From: Flavobacteriaceae bacterium
GTDB lineage: Bacteria; Bacteroidota; Bacteroidia; Flavobacteriales; Flavobacteriaceae
Reading direction: 5' to 3'
DNA: 64,000 nucleotides
Assembly (NCBI GenBank): GCA_002746415.1
Contig: NVXD01000015.1
Coordinates: 205,412 to 269,411 of the forward strand
The notes beneath the pieces were generated by a model. That model saw only the letters and a program-made list of their open reading frames with translations. It ran no database searches and was not told where the DNA came from. Positions 1-10,417 of the stretch are shown here, piece after piece. Position 1 is the first letter of the stretch. Each line of letters starts with the position of its first letter. The position numbers and the translations under genes are program-made.

Positions 1-321
1 CAGACCAATAAAGGATCTACCATAGAAAAACTTAGAGGGTGTGTTACCATTGTTGGTAATCCTAATGTAAACCGAGAGGATAAAATAGTTTATTTTCAAT
101 TTTTGGGTCCTAACATGGGTGTTATTGAGGATAATGCAAATACCATTTCTGTAAATGGAAATATATATAGTAAGCGTGTGGAAGTGGTTTTTATGGGCGA
201 AGAAGTAGTTATTTGTGATTTTATTACCGTTCCAGAAGGTTCTCTACAAGAAGGCCAGTATACTCTTAATGTTTTTGAGGACGAAAGATTACTTGCTACA
301 ACTCAATTTGAATTGAAATAA
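1..321 (+). CDS. hypothetical protein, C-terminal fragment (5' end lies outside the window)
   Basis: Frame 1 is open from position 1 (QTNKGSTIEKLRGCVTIVGNPN...) through the 72-aa ORF ending at 321, so the gene continues upstream of the window. No recognisable family. Confidence 0.4.
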   Translation, partial: QTNKGSTIEKLRGCVTIVGNPNVNREDKIVYFQFLGPNMGVIEDNANTISVNGNIYSKRVEVVFMGEEVVICDFITVPEGSLQEGQYTLNVFEDERLLATTQFELK

Positions 322-357
322 TTATATCCTTCTAACCTAAAATTCTATTTTTGCCCA

Positions 358-1902
358 ATGGCAAATAAAGAAGACCTTTTTAAGAAAGTAATATCCCACG
401 CAAAGGAATACGGTTATGTGTTCCAATCCAGTGAAATTTATGATGGGCTTAGTGCTGTTTATGACTATGCGCAAAATGGAGCAGAGTTAAAAAAGAACAT
501 TAGGGAATATTGGTGGAAAGCCATGGTACAACTCAATGATAATATTGTTGGGATAGACTCAGCCATATTTATGCATCCTACCATTTGGAAAGCATCAGGT
601 CATGTGGATGCCTTTAATGATCCATTGATTGATAATAAAGATTCTAAGAAAAGATATAGGGCAGACGTTTTAATAGAGGATTATTGCGCTAAAATTGAAA
701 ATAAAATTGAGAAAGAAGTTACCAAAGCAAGAAAACGTTTTGGTGATGCTTTTAATAAAGAAGAGTTTGTATCTACAAATCCTCGAGTTGTTGGATACCA
801 AGAAAAAATGAATAGCATTCTTTCTAGAATGGGTAAATCCTTAGAGAAAGAGGATTTAGTTGATGTAAAAAGTCTAATTGAAGAATTAGAAATTGTTTGT
901 CCTGTATCCGGTTCTAAAAACTGGACAGATGTTAAGCAGTTTAATTTAATGTTTGGCACTAAACTTGGCGCTTCTGCTGAGAGTGCTATGGATTTGTATT
1001 TGCGACCAGAAACAGCTCAAGGAATATTTGTGAACTTTTTAAACGTCCAAAAAACAGGGCGAATGAAAATTCCGTTTGGAATTGCCCAAACAGGTAAAGC
1101 GTTTAGAAATGAGATTGTAGCGAGACAATTTATTTTTCGTATGCGTGAGTTTGAACAAATGGAAATGCAATTTTTCATTAAACCTGGAACTCAAAAAAAA
1201 TGGTATGAGCATTGGAAAGAAACGCGTTTAAAATGGCACTTATCATTAGGGTTAGGTAAAGAGAATTACCGTTTTCATGATCATGATAAACTGGCGCACT
1301 ATGCAGATGCCGCTTCTGATATAGAGTTTAAATTTCCATTTGGATTCAAAGAATTGGAAGGGATACATTCTAGAACCGATTTTGATTTAAGTAGCCACGA
1401 GAAGTTTTCTGGAAAAAAACTACAATATTTTGACCATGAGGAGAATAAATCCTATGTGCCATATGTATTGGAAACCTCTATTGGTTTGGATCGTATGTTC
1501 TTGGCTGTTTTCTCTAACTCCTTAAAAGAAGAAGAACTGGAAAATGGAACAACCAGAACAGTGTTAAAATTGCCGGCAGTTTTAGCACCTACAAAAGCCG
1601 CTGTTTTTCCTTTATTGAAAAAAGATGGATTACCAGAACTGGCGCATAAAATTGTAAATGATCTTAAATGGGACTACAATGTAATCTATGATGAAAAAGA
1701 TGCCGTGGGACGTCGTTATAGAAGACAAGATGCCAATGGAACTCCTTTTTGTATTACTGTAGACCATCAATCGTTAGAAGACAATACAGTAACTATTCGT
1801 CATAGGGATACCATGGAGCAACAACGAGTTGCTATTGATAAGGTAAAAGAAATCATAGGCAATGAGGTAGATATGAAAAACTGGTTGAAAAAGATAAATT
1901 AA
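358..1902 (+). CDS. glyQS: glycine--tRNA ligase (class II, homodimeric GlyQS type)
   Basis: 514 aa. The N-terminus MANKEDLFKKVISHAKEYGYVFQSSEIYDGL and the class II aaRS core are typical of bacterial alpha2-type GlyRS. Confidence 0.93.
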   Translation: MANKEDLFKKVISHAKEYGYVFQSSEIYDGLSAVYDYAQNGAELKKNIREYWWKAMVQLNDNIVGIDSAIFMHPTIWKASGHVDAFNDPLIDNKDSKKRYRADVLIEDYCAKIENKIEKEVTKARKRFGDAFNKEEFVSTNPRVVGYQEKMNSILSRMGKSLEKEDLVDVKSLIEELEIVCPVSGSKNWTDVKQFNLMFGTKLGASAESAMDLYLRPETAQGIFVNFLNVQKTGRMKIPFGIAQTGKAFRNEIVARQFIFRMREFEQMEMQFFIKPGTQKKWYEHWKETRLKWHLSLGLGKENYRFHDHDKLAHYADAASDIEFKFPFGFKELEGIHSRTDFDLSSHEKFSGKKLQYFDHEENKSYVPYVLETSIGLDRMFLAVFSNSLKEEELENGTTRTVLKLPAVLAPTKAAVFPLLKKDGLPELAHKIVNDLKWDYNVIYDEKDAVGRRYRRQDANGTPFCITVDHQSLEDNTVTIRHRDTMEQQRVAIDKVKEIIGNEVDMKNWLKKIN

Positions 1903-1910
1903 AGCAAGGC

Positions 1911-1940
1911 AGCGGGGATTTATTGACCCGCTTTTTCTTG
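1911..1940. terminator. intrinsic terminator hairpin (agcggg-loop-cccgct plus T-run) between convergent glyQS and TonB receptor
   Basis: agcggggatttattgacccgct followed by ttttcttgtttg, 9 nt after the glyQS stop. The minus-strand gene ends at 1963. Confidence 0.45.
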
Positions 1941-1962
1941 TTTGTCATAAAGCATCAATTTT

Positions 1963-4059
1963 TTATAATTGATACTTCAACCGCAAACTTCCATAATAAT
2001 TTCGGGCATTTCCCGGATAATAGTATCTAGGAGCGTTACCCCCAAACCCACTTGCATTAATCAAGACAGATTGAGCGTAATGCGTATCAAAAACATTATT
2101 GACGCCAAAATCCAAACCAAGGGTAAACCTATTGGTAAGTTGTTTTTTATAGCCCAACCTACTGTAGAGTACACTAAAAGGATTACTGTACAAAGTATTG
2201 GCATCTGTCATAGGAATTTCTCCAACGTGCTGTACACTTGTGTTCCAATAAAAACCTGTAAGATGTTGCCATTGCAGCCCTGCATTTAAGCGGTGTTTAG
2301 GTACTCCTGTAAGCGGGTTCCCAGAATAGTTATTGTCTTCATCAATAAAATCAACAAAACTATGGTCGCTATAGGTATAACTTACAAAGGGTCTTAGGCT
2401 GAGTTGGGGGGCAATAGTAATGTTAAAATTAAGATCCAATTCCAAGCCTTTGTGCTTGGTCTGACCTGCATTTTTTCCAATATATTGATCCTCTCCAATA
2501 CGTTGTGCAACCAAAAGATTTTTAATGTCCATTTGGTAGATGGCTATGTTCAATAACATTTTATTATCCAAAAAAGTCAACTGACTTCCCAATTCATAAT
2601 TGGTTCCTGTCTCTTGTGCAATATCTGGATTGATAACCCCGTCTGGAGTCAATGTTTCTTCTAAGCCAGGATTAGAAAATCCTCTGCTTATGTTGCTATA
2701 GAATCTGTGTCCGCTGGGTAGTTGATAAGAAAGATTCAAACTTGGCATTGCAATGACATCAAAACTTCTTTTGGCATTTTTATTACCAGCTCCAGTATTG
2801 AACAAATCCCTGAAATCGTAATGGGTCTTGTTAAGATTCAACCCTACTTGAGCTGAGAATGCATCTGAAAAAGGCAAGGTGAAAGTTCCAAAAGCATTGA
2901 ACTGCCTGCGGTATTCTTTGTTGTCGCTTAATTGACTGCCCTGTAAGCTTCCATTGCCATTGTTGTCTCTATAATTATTTACAAAAGTGCCCCAATTATA
3001 TTCATCTTTATAAAGTTCTGCTCCAAAAGTATATTCGGCTTGTCCTTTGCTAGTATCTAGAGCTCCAGTAAAAATACTCCTAAAGCCATATCCATTGCTG
3101 AACTCGTCCAAAATATTAAATGGTCTAGGTTCATAGTGGTCCAAATAAGTATAAAAAACACTAGTGCTATTTTTTAACCTAGGGTTGAATACATGAGAAA
3201 AAGAAAGTCCCAAAAGTGTATATTTATTAGCTTCAAAACCTTTTGCTGCATTCCATGTAAATGCACCCTTAGTAGGCTCCTCATTAAAATCTGATTCGTT
3301 TATGGAACTAGGAATTTGTGCTGTATAATCAATATAATTGACTAAAAGGGCTATAGTGTTTTTTGGATTGATTTGATAAGAGGTGTTCAATAAAAAGCCA
3401 TCACGCTTAAAAGTATTATTTTCCCGATACCCATCGGTTTCCATGTGGCCATATTGGAATCCTAATGCCAGTTTTTCATCCTTATGGTTAAAACTAAGAT
3501 TGTCTTTTATCAAATTAAAAGAACCAACAGTAAAGCTATTGGATAGCGTTGTGGTATTAAGAACAGCTTCATTAGGTTTCAATAAAATGGCGCCACCTAA
3601 ATTAGCCCCATAAGCTGCTCCTTTAGGCCCTTTTATAACTTCAATGGCATTAAGATTCTCAAGGTCGAATGCTTCAATTGTTGAAGTCCCAGTGCCATTG
3701 GTTACGGGAATGTTATTGTAATACATTCGGAGTTTATCCGTGCTAAAGAGTGTTCTAGCCCCTACACCACGAATAGTAATTCTATTGGTATTCAATGCGC
3801 CAGATAAAATATAGACTCCAGAAATTTGATTTATGGAAGCAACCATATCCACAGGGCTGTAATTTTGAAAAATTTCCTTGGTAATAACAGCTGATGGTGT
3901 AATGCCCGTTGCATTTTTGGTTTGGGCAAAATCACGTAGAATGACTTCCTCCAGTTGTGTAACTGAATCTCTTTTTTTTGTTTCGATTTCTTGTCCAAGA
4001 CTAACATTTAGGAAAAGAAAACAAAGCATTAACGAAGTGTAATAGTGTGTATATTTCAT
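1963..4059 (-). CDS. TonB-dependent outer membrane receptor
   Basis: 698 aa with signal peptide, a plug domain (ITIRGVGARTLFSTDKLRMYYNNIPVTNGTGTSTIEAFDLENLNAIEVIKGPKGAAYG) and beta-barrel composition. Confidence 0.85.
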   Translation of the reverse strand: MKYTHYYTSLMLCFLFLNVSLGQEIETKKRDSVTQLEEVILRDFAQTKNATGITPSAVITKEIFQNYSPVDMVASINQISGVYILSGALNTNRITIRGVGARTLFSTDKLRMYYNNIPVTNGTGTSTIEAFDLENLNAIEVIKGPKGAAYGANLGGAILLKPNEAVLNTTTLSNSFTVGSFNLIKDNLSFNHKDEKLALGFQYGHMETDGYRENNTFKRDGFLLNTSYQINPKNTIALLVNYIDYTAQIPSSINESDFNEEPTKGAFTWNAAKGFEANKYTLLGLSFSHVFNPRLKNSTSVFYTYLDHYEPRPFNILDEFSNGYGFRSIFTGALDTSKGQAEYTFGAELYKDEYNWGTFVNNYRDNNGNGSLQGSQLSDNKEYRRQFNAFGTFTLPFSDAFSAQVGLNLNKTHYDFRDLFNTGAGNKNAKRSFDVIAMPSLNLSYQLPSGHRFYSNISRGFSNPGLEETLTPDGVINPDIAQETGTNYELGSQLTFLDNKMLLNIAIYQMDIKNLLVAQRIGEDQYIGKNAGQTKHKGLELDLNFNITIAPQLSLRPFVSYTYSDHSFVDFIDEDNNYSGNPLTGVPKHRLNAGLQWQHLTGFYWNTSVQHVGEIPMTDANTLYSNPFSVLYSRLGYKKQLTNRFTLGLDFGVNNVFDTHYAQSVLINASGFGGNAPRYYYPGNARNYYGSLRLKYQL

Positions 4060-4443
4060 TTAAAAACGATATCTTAAGGCAATGTCTCCTCGACCAACAA
4101 TTTCTGGGCCATTATCCGACTCTACTATATTTGGCCCTATTCTGGAATAAATTTCTGCTACAAATCCTCTTTTAGCAATAAATTTTCCACCAATGGATAT
4201 TCCTAAAGCGAAATCCGTGTAGTCAAAAGCACCCATAGAGGAGCTATCAATTCTATCATTATAATAATAGTCTTCAATTCCAGAATTCAACATTCCAAAA
4301 CCTTCAACGAAGAATCCAGCAGCATACTTTTTTGAAAAATATTGTCTATAATAGGGCGTTGACGCAAAACTTCGGCTGTAGCCCTCAGTGGCATTAGATT
4401 TATCAAGACTAAATTGCAGTAAGTCCAATTTTATAATCATCAT
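4060..4443 (-). CDS. hypothetical protein with outer-membrane beta-barrel-like C-terminus (no signal peptide; possible remnant)
   Basis: 127-aa ORF whose stop directly abuts the TonB receptor start codon. It is Gly/Tyr/Ser-rich and ends ...GDIALRYRF (aromatic C-terminal residue typical of OMPs) but has no N-terminal signal sequence. Confidence 0.3.
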   Translation of the reverse strand: MMIIKLDLLQFSLDKSNATEGYSRSFASTPYYRQYFSKKYAAGFFVEGFGMLNSGIEDYYYNDRIDSSSMGAFDYTDFALGISIGGKFIAKRGFVAEIYSRIGPNIVESDNGPEIVGRGDIALRYRF

Positions 4444-4467
4444 TGAGATTTTCTAATTTGATTTGGA

Positions 4468-6081
4468 TTATTCGTTCAGCCTTTTAGCATTTAAAAAACG
4501 CTCCAAATGTTCCTTATTCAATTCATCACTATCTCCATATTTCTCTCTCATTGCCACTAATTGTTTATGCATTTCTTCTTTTACTTTAGAATATTCTGCA
4601 TCGTTATAAACATTGTGCATTTCCGATGGGTCTTTTTCTAAATCATACAATTCCCATTCCTCTATATCATAATAAAAATGAATTAATTTATAACGGTCTG
4701 TTCTTACGCCATAATGACGTTTTACATGATGCTCACCTGGAAATTCATAATAGGCGTAATAAATGGCATCGCGCCATTCACTAGCTTCTCCTTTTACTAA
4801 TTTCCTTATAGATTCTCCTTGTATGCTTTCATCAATTTCTACACCGGCATAATCTAAAAATGTTGGTGCAAAGTCCAGGTTTTGAACCAAATCATTTATA
4901 ACTGTTCCAGCTTTAATTTCTTTAGGGAACTTCATTAAAATGGGAGTCCTAAACGACTCTTCATACATAAAGCGTTTATCAAACCAACCATGTTCTCCTA
5001 AGTAAAACCCTTGATCCGATGTATACACTACTATAGTATTCTCTTCTAAATCATTTTCTTTTAAATAATCCAATACTTGTCCCACACCATCATCTACAGA
5101 TTGAATTGTTCGTAAATAATCTTGCATATACCTGTTATATTTCCAGAGTGCTAGTTCTTTTCCTTGTAAATTTTTAGATTTAAAATCTGCAATAATAGGG
5201 TCATAATAAGCATCCCAAGCAGCTTTTTGCTCATCAGTCATCCTATTATATTTATTCTGAAATATTCCTCTATATCTCGTTTTAATTTCCCCCTCCTTAT
5301 CAAGCATTTTTAAATCGTACACCAAATCCATATGTTCATAAATGCCCATTTCGTGTTTTTCGGCAGCATTTCTACCTTCAAATTCATCAAAGAAATTTGC
5401 TGGAGGTGTAAAGGTTTTATCGTCAAATAATTTGAAATATTTTTCTTCAGGCATCCATGTTCTATGAGGTGCTTTTTGATGGTATAGCAGTAAAAAAGGT
5501 TTGTCTTTCTCTCTTTTATTTTTCAGCCAGTCTAAAGCTATATCTGTAGTAACCTTTGTAACATATCCTGGGTATGTTTTTTTAACCCCATTTTCAATAA
5601 AGTCTGGAGCATAATATTGACCTTGACCAGGAAGTACATTGGAATAATCAAAACCTTGAGGTAATCCATCTAAATGAATTTTACCAACTAAAGCGGTTTG
5701 ATATCCATCGTTTTGTAGGGCCTTTGCAAAATTATCTTGCCCCCAATTAAATGGACGAATATTATCTACCTTGCCATTAATATGGCTATGTTTACCTGTA
5801 AGCATCACTGCTCTGCTTGGCGCGCAAATTGAATTAGTAACAAAACCTTTATTAAAAATAGCGCCTTCCTTCGCTATTCTATCAATATTTGGGGTATTAT
5901 TTAAACCGTACCCATAAGCACTAATGGCCTGAAAAGCATGATCATCACTCATTATAAAAATAACGTTTGGTCTTTGTGACTTTTCTTCTTTAACCTCTTT
6001 ACAGCTATAAAATATATTAAGTGTTATTAGAATAAAAAATGTAATAATGCCTTGTCTATATATGGTATACCTTTCTGTCAA
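4468..6081 (-). CDS. sulfatase (formylglycine-dependent, S1 family), probably lipoprotein/secreted
   Basis: 537 aa. Sulfatase signature VIFIMSDDH...SICAPSRAVMLTGK with the C-x-P-S-R formylglycine motif. TTG start with a hydrophobic signal-like N-terminus ending in C. Confidence 0.85.
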   Translation of the reverse strand: MTERYTIYRQGIITFFILITLNIFYSCKEVKEEKSQRPNVIFIMSDDHAFQAISAYGYGLNNTPNIDRIAKEGAIFNKGFVTNSICAPSRAVMLTGKHSHINGKVDNIRPFNWGQDNFAKALQNDGYQTALVGKIHLDGLPQGFDYSNVLPGQGQYYAPDFIENGVKKTYPGYVTKVTTDIALDWLKNKREKDKPFLLLYHQKAPHRTWMPEEKYFKLFDDKTFTPPANFFDEFEGRNAAEKHEMGIYEHMDLVYDLKMLDKEGEIKTRYRGIFQNKYNRMTDEQKAAWDAYYDPIIADFKSKNLQGKELALWKYNRYMQDYLRTIQSVDDGVGQVLDYLKENDLEENTIVVYTSDQGFYLGEHGWFDKRFMYEESFRTPILMKFPKEIKAGTVINDLVQNLDFAPTFLDYAGVEIDESIQGESIRKLVKGEASEWRDAIYYAYYEFPGEHHVKRHYGVRTDRYKLIHFYYDIEEWELYDLEKDPSEMHNVYNDAEYSKVKEEMHKQLVAMREKYGDSDELNKEHLERFLNAKRLNE

Positions 6082-6369
6082 TATTTTTATATTTAAATAT
6101 TCTTAATTTAATTATTGCCAAGGCAAGGAAAATCTCTTCTTTAATTAACTTAAAACAATAAGGTTTAAAATTTCAGAATAATATTGAATGACATGAAATT
6201 TGTTCGACCAATAACAAATCTAAAAATGCATTGGTATATATTGTTATTCGTAAGTTAAATATGCTGAAACCAACCAATGTTTTGCTTTTCCTTTTTCTGC
6301 CTTAATAAATATATACTGTTTTTAATTTTCATAAACTCATCTCCCCCTTTCATTGTGGCACTTTCGATG

Positions 6370-6573
6370 TTAAAAGCGGTATATTTTGAATTCCAAAAGA
6401 AGCTTCTCATGTATTAAATATTCGTAGGAGTTGTCTATATATTCAAAAGCAATGAGATTAAATGCGTCTATTTTAATCTCCGATTTTTTTTCATTGTTTA
6501 CTTCAATGCCTTGGCCAATGACCAAAAAAAGAAGTATAATGCTAAACAGAAAAAGAAGGGTGTTTTTTTTCAT
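6370..6573 (-). CDS. small secreted hypothetical protein
   Basis: The 84-aa ORF contains an internal start MKKNTLLFLFSIILLFLVIGQ (signal peptide) at 6573. No homology recognised. Lies in an AT-rich intergenic region. Confidence 0.2.
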   Translation of the reverse strand: MKKNTLLFLFSIILLFLVIGQGIEVNNEKKSEIKIDAFNLIAFEYIDNSYEYLIHEKLLLEFKIYRF

Positions 6574-6793
6574 TAATGGTTTTGTTTTAGCGTTTGGAAA
6601 GATAAGCATCAAAAAGTAAACCAAAAATCTTTTAAGAAAATTTAATAGAAGAGTGATGTAAAGGGCTTTAATATATCACATCATGTTTTCGAAGTCCAAT
6701 CTGTAAATAGGCTCCTCTAAATTTTTGCTCTTCGACTGGCTGAGTTGGCAGAAACATTCTTTATTTTTAAGGTCAAATTTTGAATCAAAGAAA

Positions 6794-7558
6794 ATGAAAA
6801 TAATTTCCTATAATGTAAATGGTATTAGAGCGGCACTTAAAAAAGGTTTTTTGGAATGGCTACAAAGTGTAAACCCTGATGTAATATGTCTACAGGAAAT
6901 AAAAGCCAATCAAGAACAATTGGATCTTTCTCTTTTTGAAGCTGCAGGATACTCACACAATTATTGGTACAGCGCCCAAAAAAAAGGATATAGTGGCGTT
7001 GCTATTTTATCCAAAACAAAGCCAAACCATGTAGCCTATGGCACTGGGATAGACTATATGGATTTTGAGGGAAGAAATCTAAGAGCAGATTTCGACGGGG
7101 TTTCTGTTATGAGTATGTATTTGCCTTCTGGGACCAATATGGATAGATTGGATTTTAAGTTAAAATACATGGCAGATTTGCAAGCGTATATCAATGAATT
7201 GAAGAAGGAACACCCAAACCTAATTATTCTTGGGGATTATAATATTTGCCATGAAGCTATAGATATACATGACCCAGTTCGCAATAAAAAAGTTTCAGGT
7301 TTTTTACCTGTTGAACGTGAGTGGATTGGGAACTTTATGGAAAGTGGTTTTATAGACAGTTTTAGACATTTTAATAAGGAACCACATAATTACACCTGGT
7401 GGAGTTATAGGGCAAATGCAAGAAACAACAATAAGGGCTGGCGACTAGATTATGGTATGGTAAGTACCTCTTTGGAGAGTAGGTTAAAGCGTTCTGTAAT
7501 TCTTTCTGAAGCAAAACATAGTGATCATTGCCCTATTCTTGTGGAGTTAGAGAAATAA
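6794..7558 (+). CDS. xth: exodeoxyribonuclease III
   Basis: MKIISYNVNGIRAALKKGFLEWLQSVNPDVICLQEIKA... is EEP-family ExoIII. The ORF track starts at 6725, but the conserved N-terminus begins at the ATG at 6794. Confidence 0.9.
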   Translation: MKIISYNVNGIRAALKKGFLEWLQSVNPDVICLQEIKANQEQLDLSLFEAAGYSHNYWYSAQKKGYSGVAILSKTKPNHVAYGTGIDYMDFEGRNLRADFDGVSVMSMYLPSGTNMDRLDFKLKYMADLQAYINELKKEHPNLIILGDYNICHEAIDIHDPVRNKKVSGFLPVEREWIGNFMESGFIDSFRHFNKEPHNYTWWSYRANARNNNKGWRLDYGMVSTSLESRLKRSVILSEAKHSDHCPILVELEK

Positions 7559-7630
7559 CATAATGTTAAGATTATAGTAAGTAAGAAGTGTTATTTTTAA
7601 TGCCTTTATAACCAAACCACATTTTTTGCT

Positions 7631-8671
7631 ATGAAATATACCAACCTGCCCAGCACTGATATTAAAATTAGTAAAATATGTCTGGGCACCATGACTTGGG
7701 GCAAACAGAATACTGAAACAGAGGGCTTTGAACAAATGGATTATGCCATGGATCAGGGTGTAAATTTCTTTGATACGGCAGAGCTTTATTCTGTACCCGT
7801 TGAGGCAGAAACCCAAGGAGATACAGAGAGAATCATAGGGAACTGGTTCAAAAAGTCTGGGAACAGAGATAAAATAGTTTTAGCCTCTAAAATGGTTGGG
7901 CCAGCTTTTGTCAACAAGCATCACATGAGAGAGGGTGGCTTTACTAAGGAAAGTATTGCTATTGCCATTGAGGGTAGTTTAAAACGACTGCAAACAGATT
8001 ATATAGATGTATATCAACTGCATTGGCCAGATCGTAGTACTAATTGTTTTGGAAAAAGAGATTATGTTCACAATCCCGAAGAAAGTTGGGAAGATAATAT
8101 AAATGAAATTCTCCATGTCTTGGAGGGCCATATTAAAGCAGGTAAAATCAGGCATATTGGTTTGTCTAATGATGTGGCTTGGAGTACTATGCGTTATATT
8201 GAAGAAAGTAAATATAATGGTTTACCAAAAATTGCAACGGTACAAAACCCTTATAATTTATTGAATAGAACTTATGAAATTGCGCTCTCAGAAATTTCAT
8301 TAAGAGAAGATGTTGGTTTATTGGCGTATTCTCCTCTTGGTTTTGGTAGGTTAACGGATAAGTATATTGATGGGGTTGGTATAGAAAATGCCAGACTCAC
8401 CCTTTTTCCATTTATGGCTAGGTTTAATACGGAGAATGCTATTAAAGCCACCAAATTATATTATGATTTAGCTAAGAAGCACAATCTTTCTTTAGCAACA
8501 ATGGCCTTGGCATTTGTGAACAAACAGCCTTTTGTAACTAGCAATATTATTGGGGCAACTACTATGGAGCAGCTTAAAGAAAACATTGCCAGTATTCATG
8601 TGGAATTAAGTGAGGAGGTACTAGTAGGTATTAAAGCGATTCATGATTTAATGCCCAATCCGGCGCCATAA
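7631..8671 (+). CDS. aldo/keto reductase, Tas-like NADP(H)-dependent oxidoreductase
   Basis: 346 aa with ISKICLGTMTWG...GVNFFDTAELY. Length and motifs match the Tas/YajO-type AKRs. Confidence 0.85.
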   Translation: MKYTNLPSTDIKISKICLGTMTWGKQNTETEGFEQMDYAMDQGVNFFDTAELYSVPVEAETQGDTERIIGNWFKKSGNRDKIVLASKMVGPAFVNKHHMREGGFTKESIAIAIEGSLKRLQTDYIDVYQLHWPDRSTNCFGKRDYVHNPEESWEDNINEILHVLEGHIKAGKIRHIGLSNDVAWSTMRYIEESKYNGLPKIATVQNPYNLLNRTYEIALSEISLREDVGLLAYSPLGFGRLTDKYIDGVGIENARLTLFPFMARFNTENAIKATKLYYDLAKKHNLSLATMALAFVNKQPFVTSNIIGATTMEQLKENIASIHVELSEEVLVGIKAIHDLMPNPAP

Positions 8672-8829
8672 TTTTTCCTCTAATTTCCTAGCCTGAAGGG
8701 AAGGGATGGTAAATTATCTCGAATGATATTTAGATTGTAGCGTAACGAAAATAGAAATCTTACTTTGGAAATCAAATTCGAGATTTCTCAGTCGTGCTTT
8801 CTTCGAAATGACTAGTTGAAAGAGCAATT

Positions 8830-10191
8830 CTATCCAAATAACCCAGCAACCATATCCTCAATTTTAGCTATTAATTGAATGGCTATTTTAGTGTTTTTAA
8901 GGCTTATTTTGTTGGTTTTAGATACATAAATAGTGGTAAATCCAAGTTTTTCAGCCTCCAAAATACGCTGCTCAACACGTTGTACGGATCTTATTTCACC
9001 AGCAAGTCCAACTTCTGCAGCAAAACACACTCCTTTTTCTATAGGGATATCTGCATTACTGGAAAGAATCGCGGCAATAACAGCCAGGTCTATGGCAGGG
9101 TCATCTACAGAAATGCCCCCTGTAATGTTTAAAAACACATCTTTAGCGGCAAGTTTAAACCCAGCGCGTTTTTCTAAAACTGCCAAAAGCATATTTAGTC
9201 GCTTGGCATTGTAACCGGTCGTGGAACGTTGGGGTGTCCCATAAACAGCAGTGCTAACCAATGCTTGTATTTCTATCAATAAGGGCCGCATTCCTTCAAC
9301 TGTTGAAGCAATTGCAGTTCCACTTAAACCCTCATCATTTTTAGAAATAAGAATCTCTGAAGGGTTGTTGACTTCTCTTAGTCCGCTTCCCTGCATTTCA
9401 TATATACCCAATTCAGCTGTAGAACCAAAACGATTTTTAAGGGCACGTAGAATTCTGTAGACATAATTTCTATCCCCTTCAAACTGCAAGACAGTATCTA
9501 CCATATGCTCTAAGATTTTGGGTCCAGCAATGGTGCCGTCTTTGGTAATATGGCCAATTAAAACAACAGGTGTATTCGTCTCTTTGGCAAATTTAATGAG
9601 TTCCGCGGTGCATTCACGTATTTGCGAAATACTCCCTGCGGCCGATTCTATATAATCTGAATGAAGTGTCTGAATGGAATCTATAACCACAAGGTCTGGT
9701 TCAGTGGCTTCAATTTGTTGGAATATATTTTGAGTCTTTGTTTCCGTAAGAATTAAACAAGTATCACTGTTTGGATGAATCCTATCGGCTCGCATTTTTA
9801 TTTGTTTCTGGCTTTCTTCACCTGAAACATACAAGGTTTTATAAGGAAGTTTTAAGGCAATTTGAAGTAAGAGTGTGCTTTTGCCAACACCCGGCTCACC
9901 ACCTAAAAGAATAAGGGATCCTGGAACAATGCCACCACCCAACACTCGGTTAAATTCTTGGTCATAACAGTTTAACCGGACTTCCTTTTCGGTATTTATC
10001 TGATTGACCTTAAGTGGTGTTGCTATTTTTTTTGAGGGGCTTTTATTTGTTTTCCAACTTGTTTTTTCTTCTTTTTGAATGATTTCTTCAACAACAGTAT
10101 TCCATTGTTTACATGCAGAACATTGTCCTACCCATTTGGCATATTGAGTGCCACAGTTTTGACAAAAAAAAGCTGTTTTTGTTTTGGCCAT
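8830..10191 (-). CDS. radA: DNA repair protein RadA/Sms
   Basis: N-terminal C4 zinc finger (CQNCGTQYAKWVGQCSACKQW), Walker A GGEPGVGKSTLLLQ, and a C-terminal Lon-protease-like domain. Confidence 0.95.
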   Translation of the reverse strand: MAKTKTAFFCQNCGTQYAKWVGQCSACKQWNTVVEEIIQKEEKTSWKTNKSPSKKIATPLKVNQINTEKEVRLNCYDQEFNRVLGGGIVPGSLILLGGEPGVGKSTLLLQIALKLPYKTLYVSGEESQKQIKMRADRIHPNSDTCLILTETKTQNIFQQIEATEPDLVVIDSIQTLHSDYIESAAGSISQIRECTAELIKFAKETNTPVVLIGHITKDGTIAGPKILEHMVDTVLQFEGDRNYVYRILRALKNRFGSTAELGIYEMQGSGLREVNNPSEILISKNDEGLSGTAIASTVEGMRPLLIEIQALVSTAVYGTPQRSTTGYNAKRLNMLLAVLEKRAGFKLAAKDVFLNITGGISVDDPAIDLAVIAAILSSNADIPIEKGVCFAAEVGLAGEIRSVQRVEQRILEAEKLGFTTIYVSKTNKISLKNTKIAIQLIAKIEDMVAGLFG

Positions 10192-10417
10192 TCCCTAGAT
10201 TAAGGTTTAGGCGAAGATAAAACAATGTTTAAGTATTTTTTGTTTTTTGATATTCAAAAAAGCAGAGGCAAACGCAGAAATTGCCAGAAGTAAAGCAAGA
10301 CCGTTGTACCAGATGACAAAGTCATCATCGTTTAGAGAAATGAATGTCAATACAATCCCCGATATTAGATATCTATTTAATTTGTTTTTCAGAATAAGTT
10401 AGTTCAGCCATAATCTG

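Noticed and set aside
6431-6619. 62-aa plus-strand ORF overlapping the small secreted minus-strand ORF
   Set aside because: Lies in an AT-rich intergenic region. The frame is rich in Phe/Ile/Lys from poly-T/A tracts, with no signal or homology.
10192-10417. 42-aa hydrophobic ORF (MMTLSSGTTVLLYFWQFLRLPLLF...) on the minus strand between radA and the esterase gene
   Set aside because: Below any reasonable confidence threshold. No RBS context was checked and no conservation can be assessed from sequence alone.
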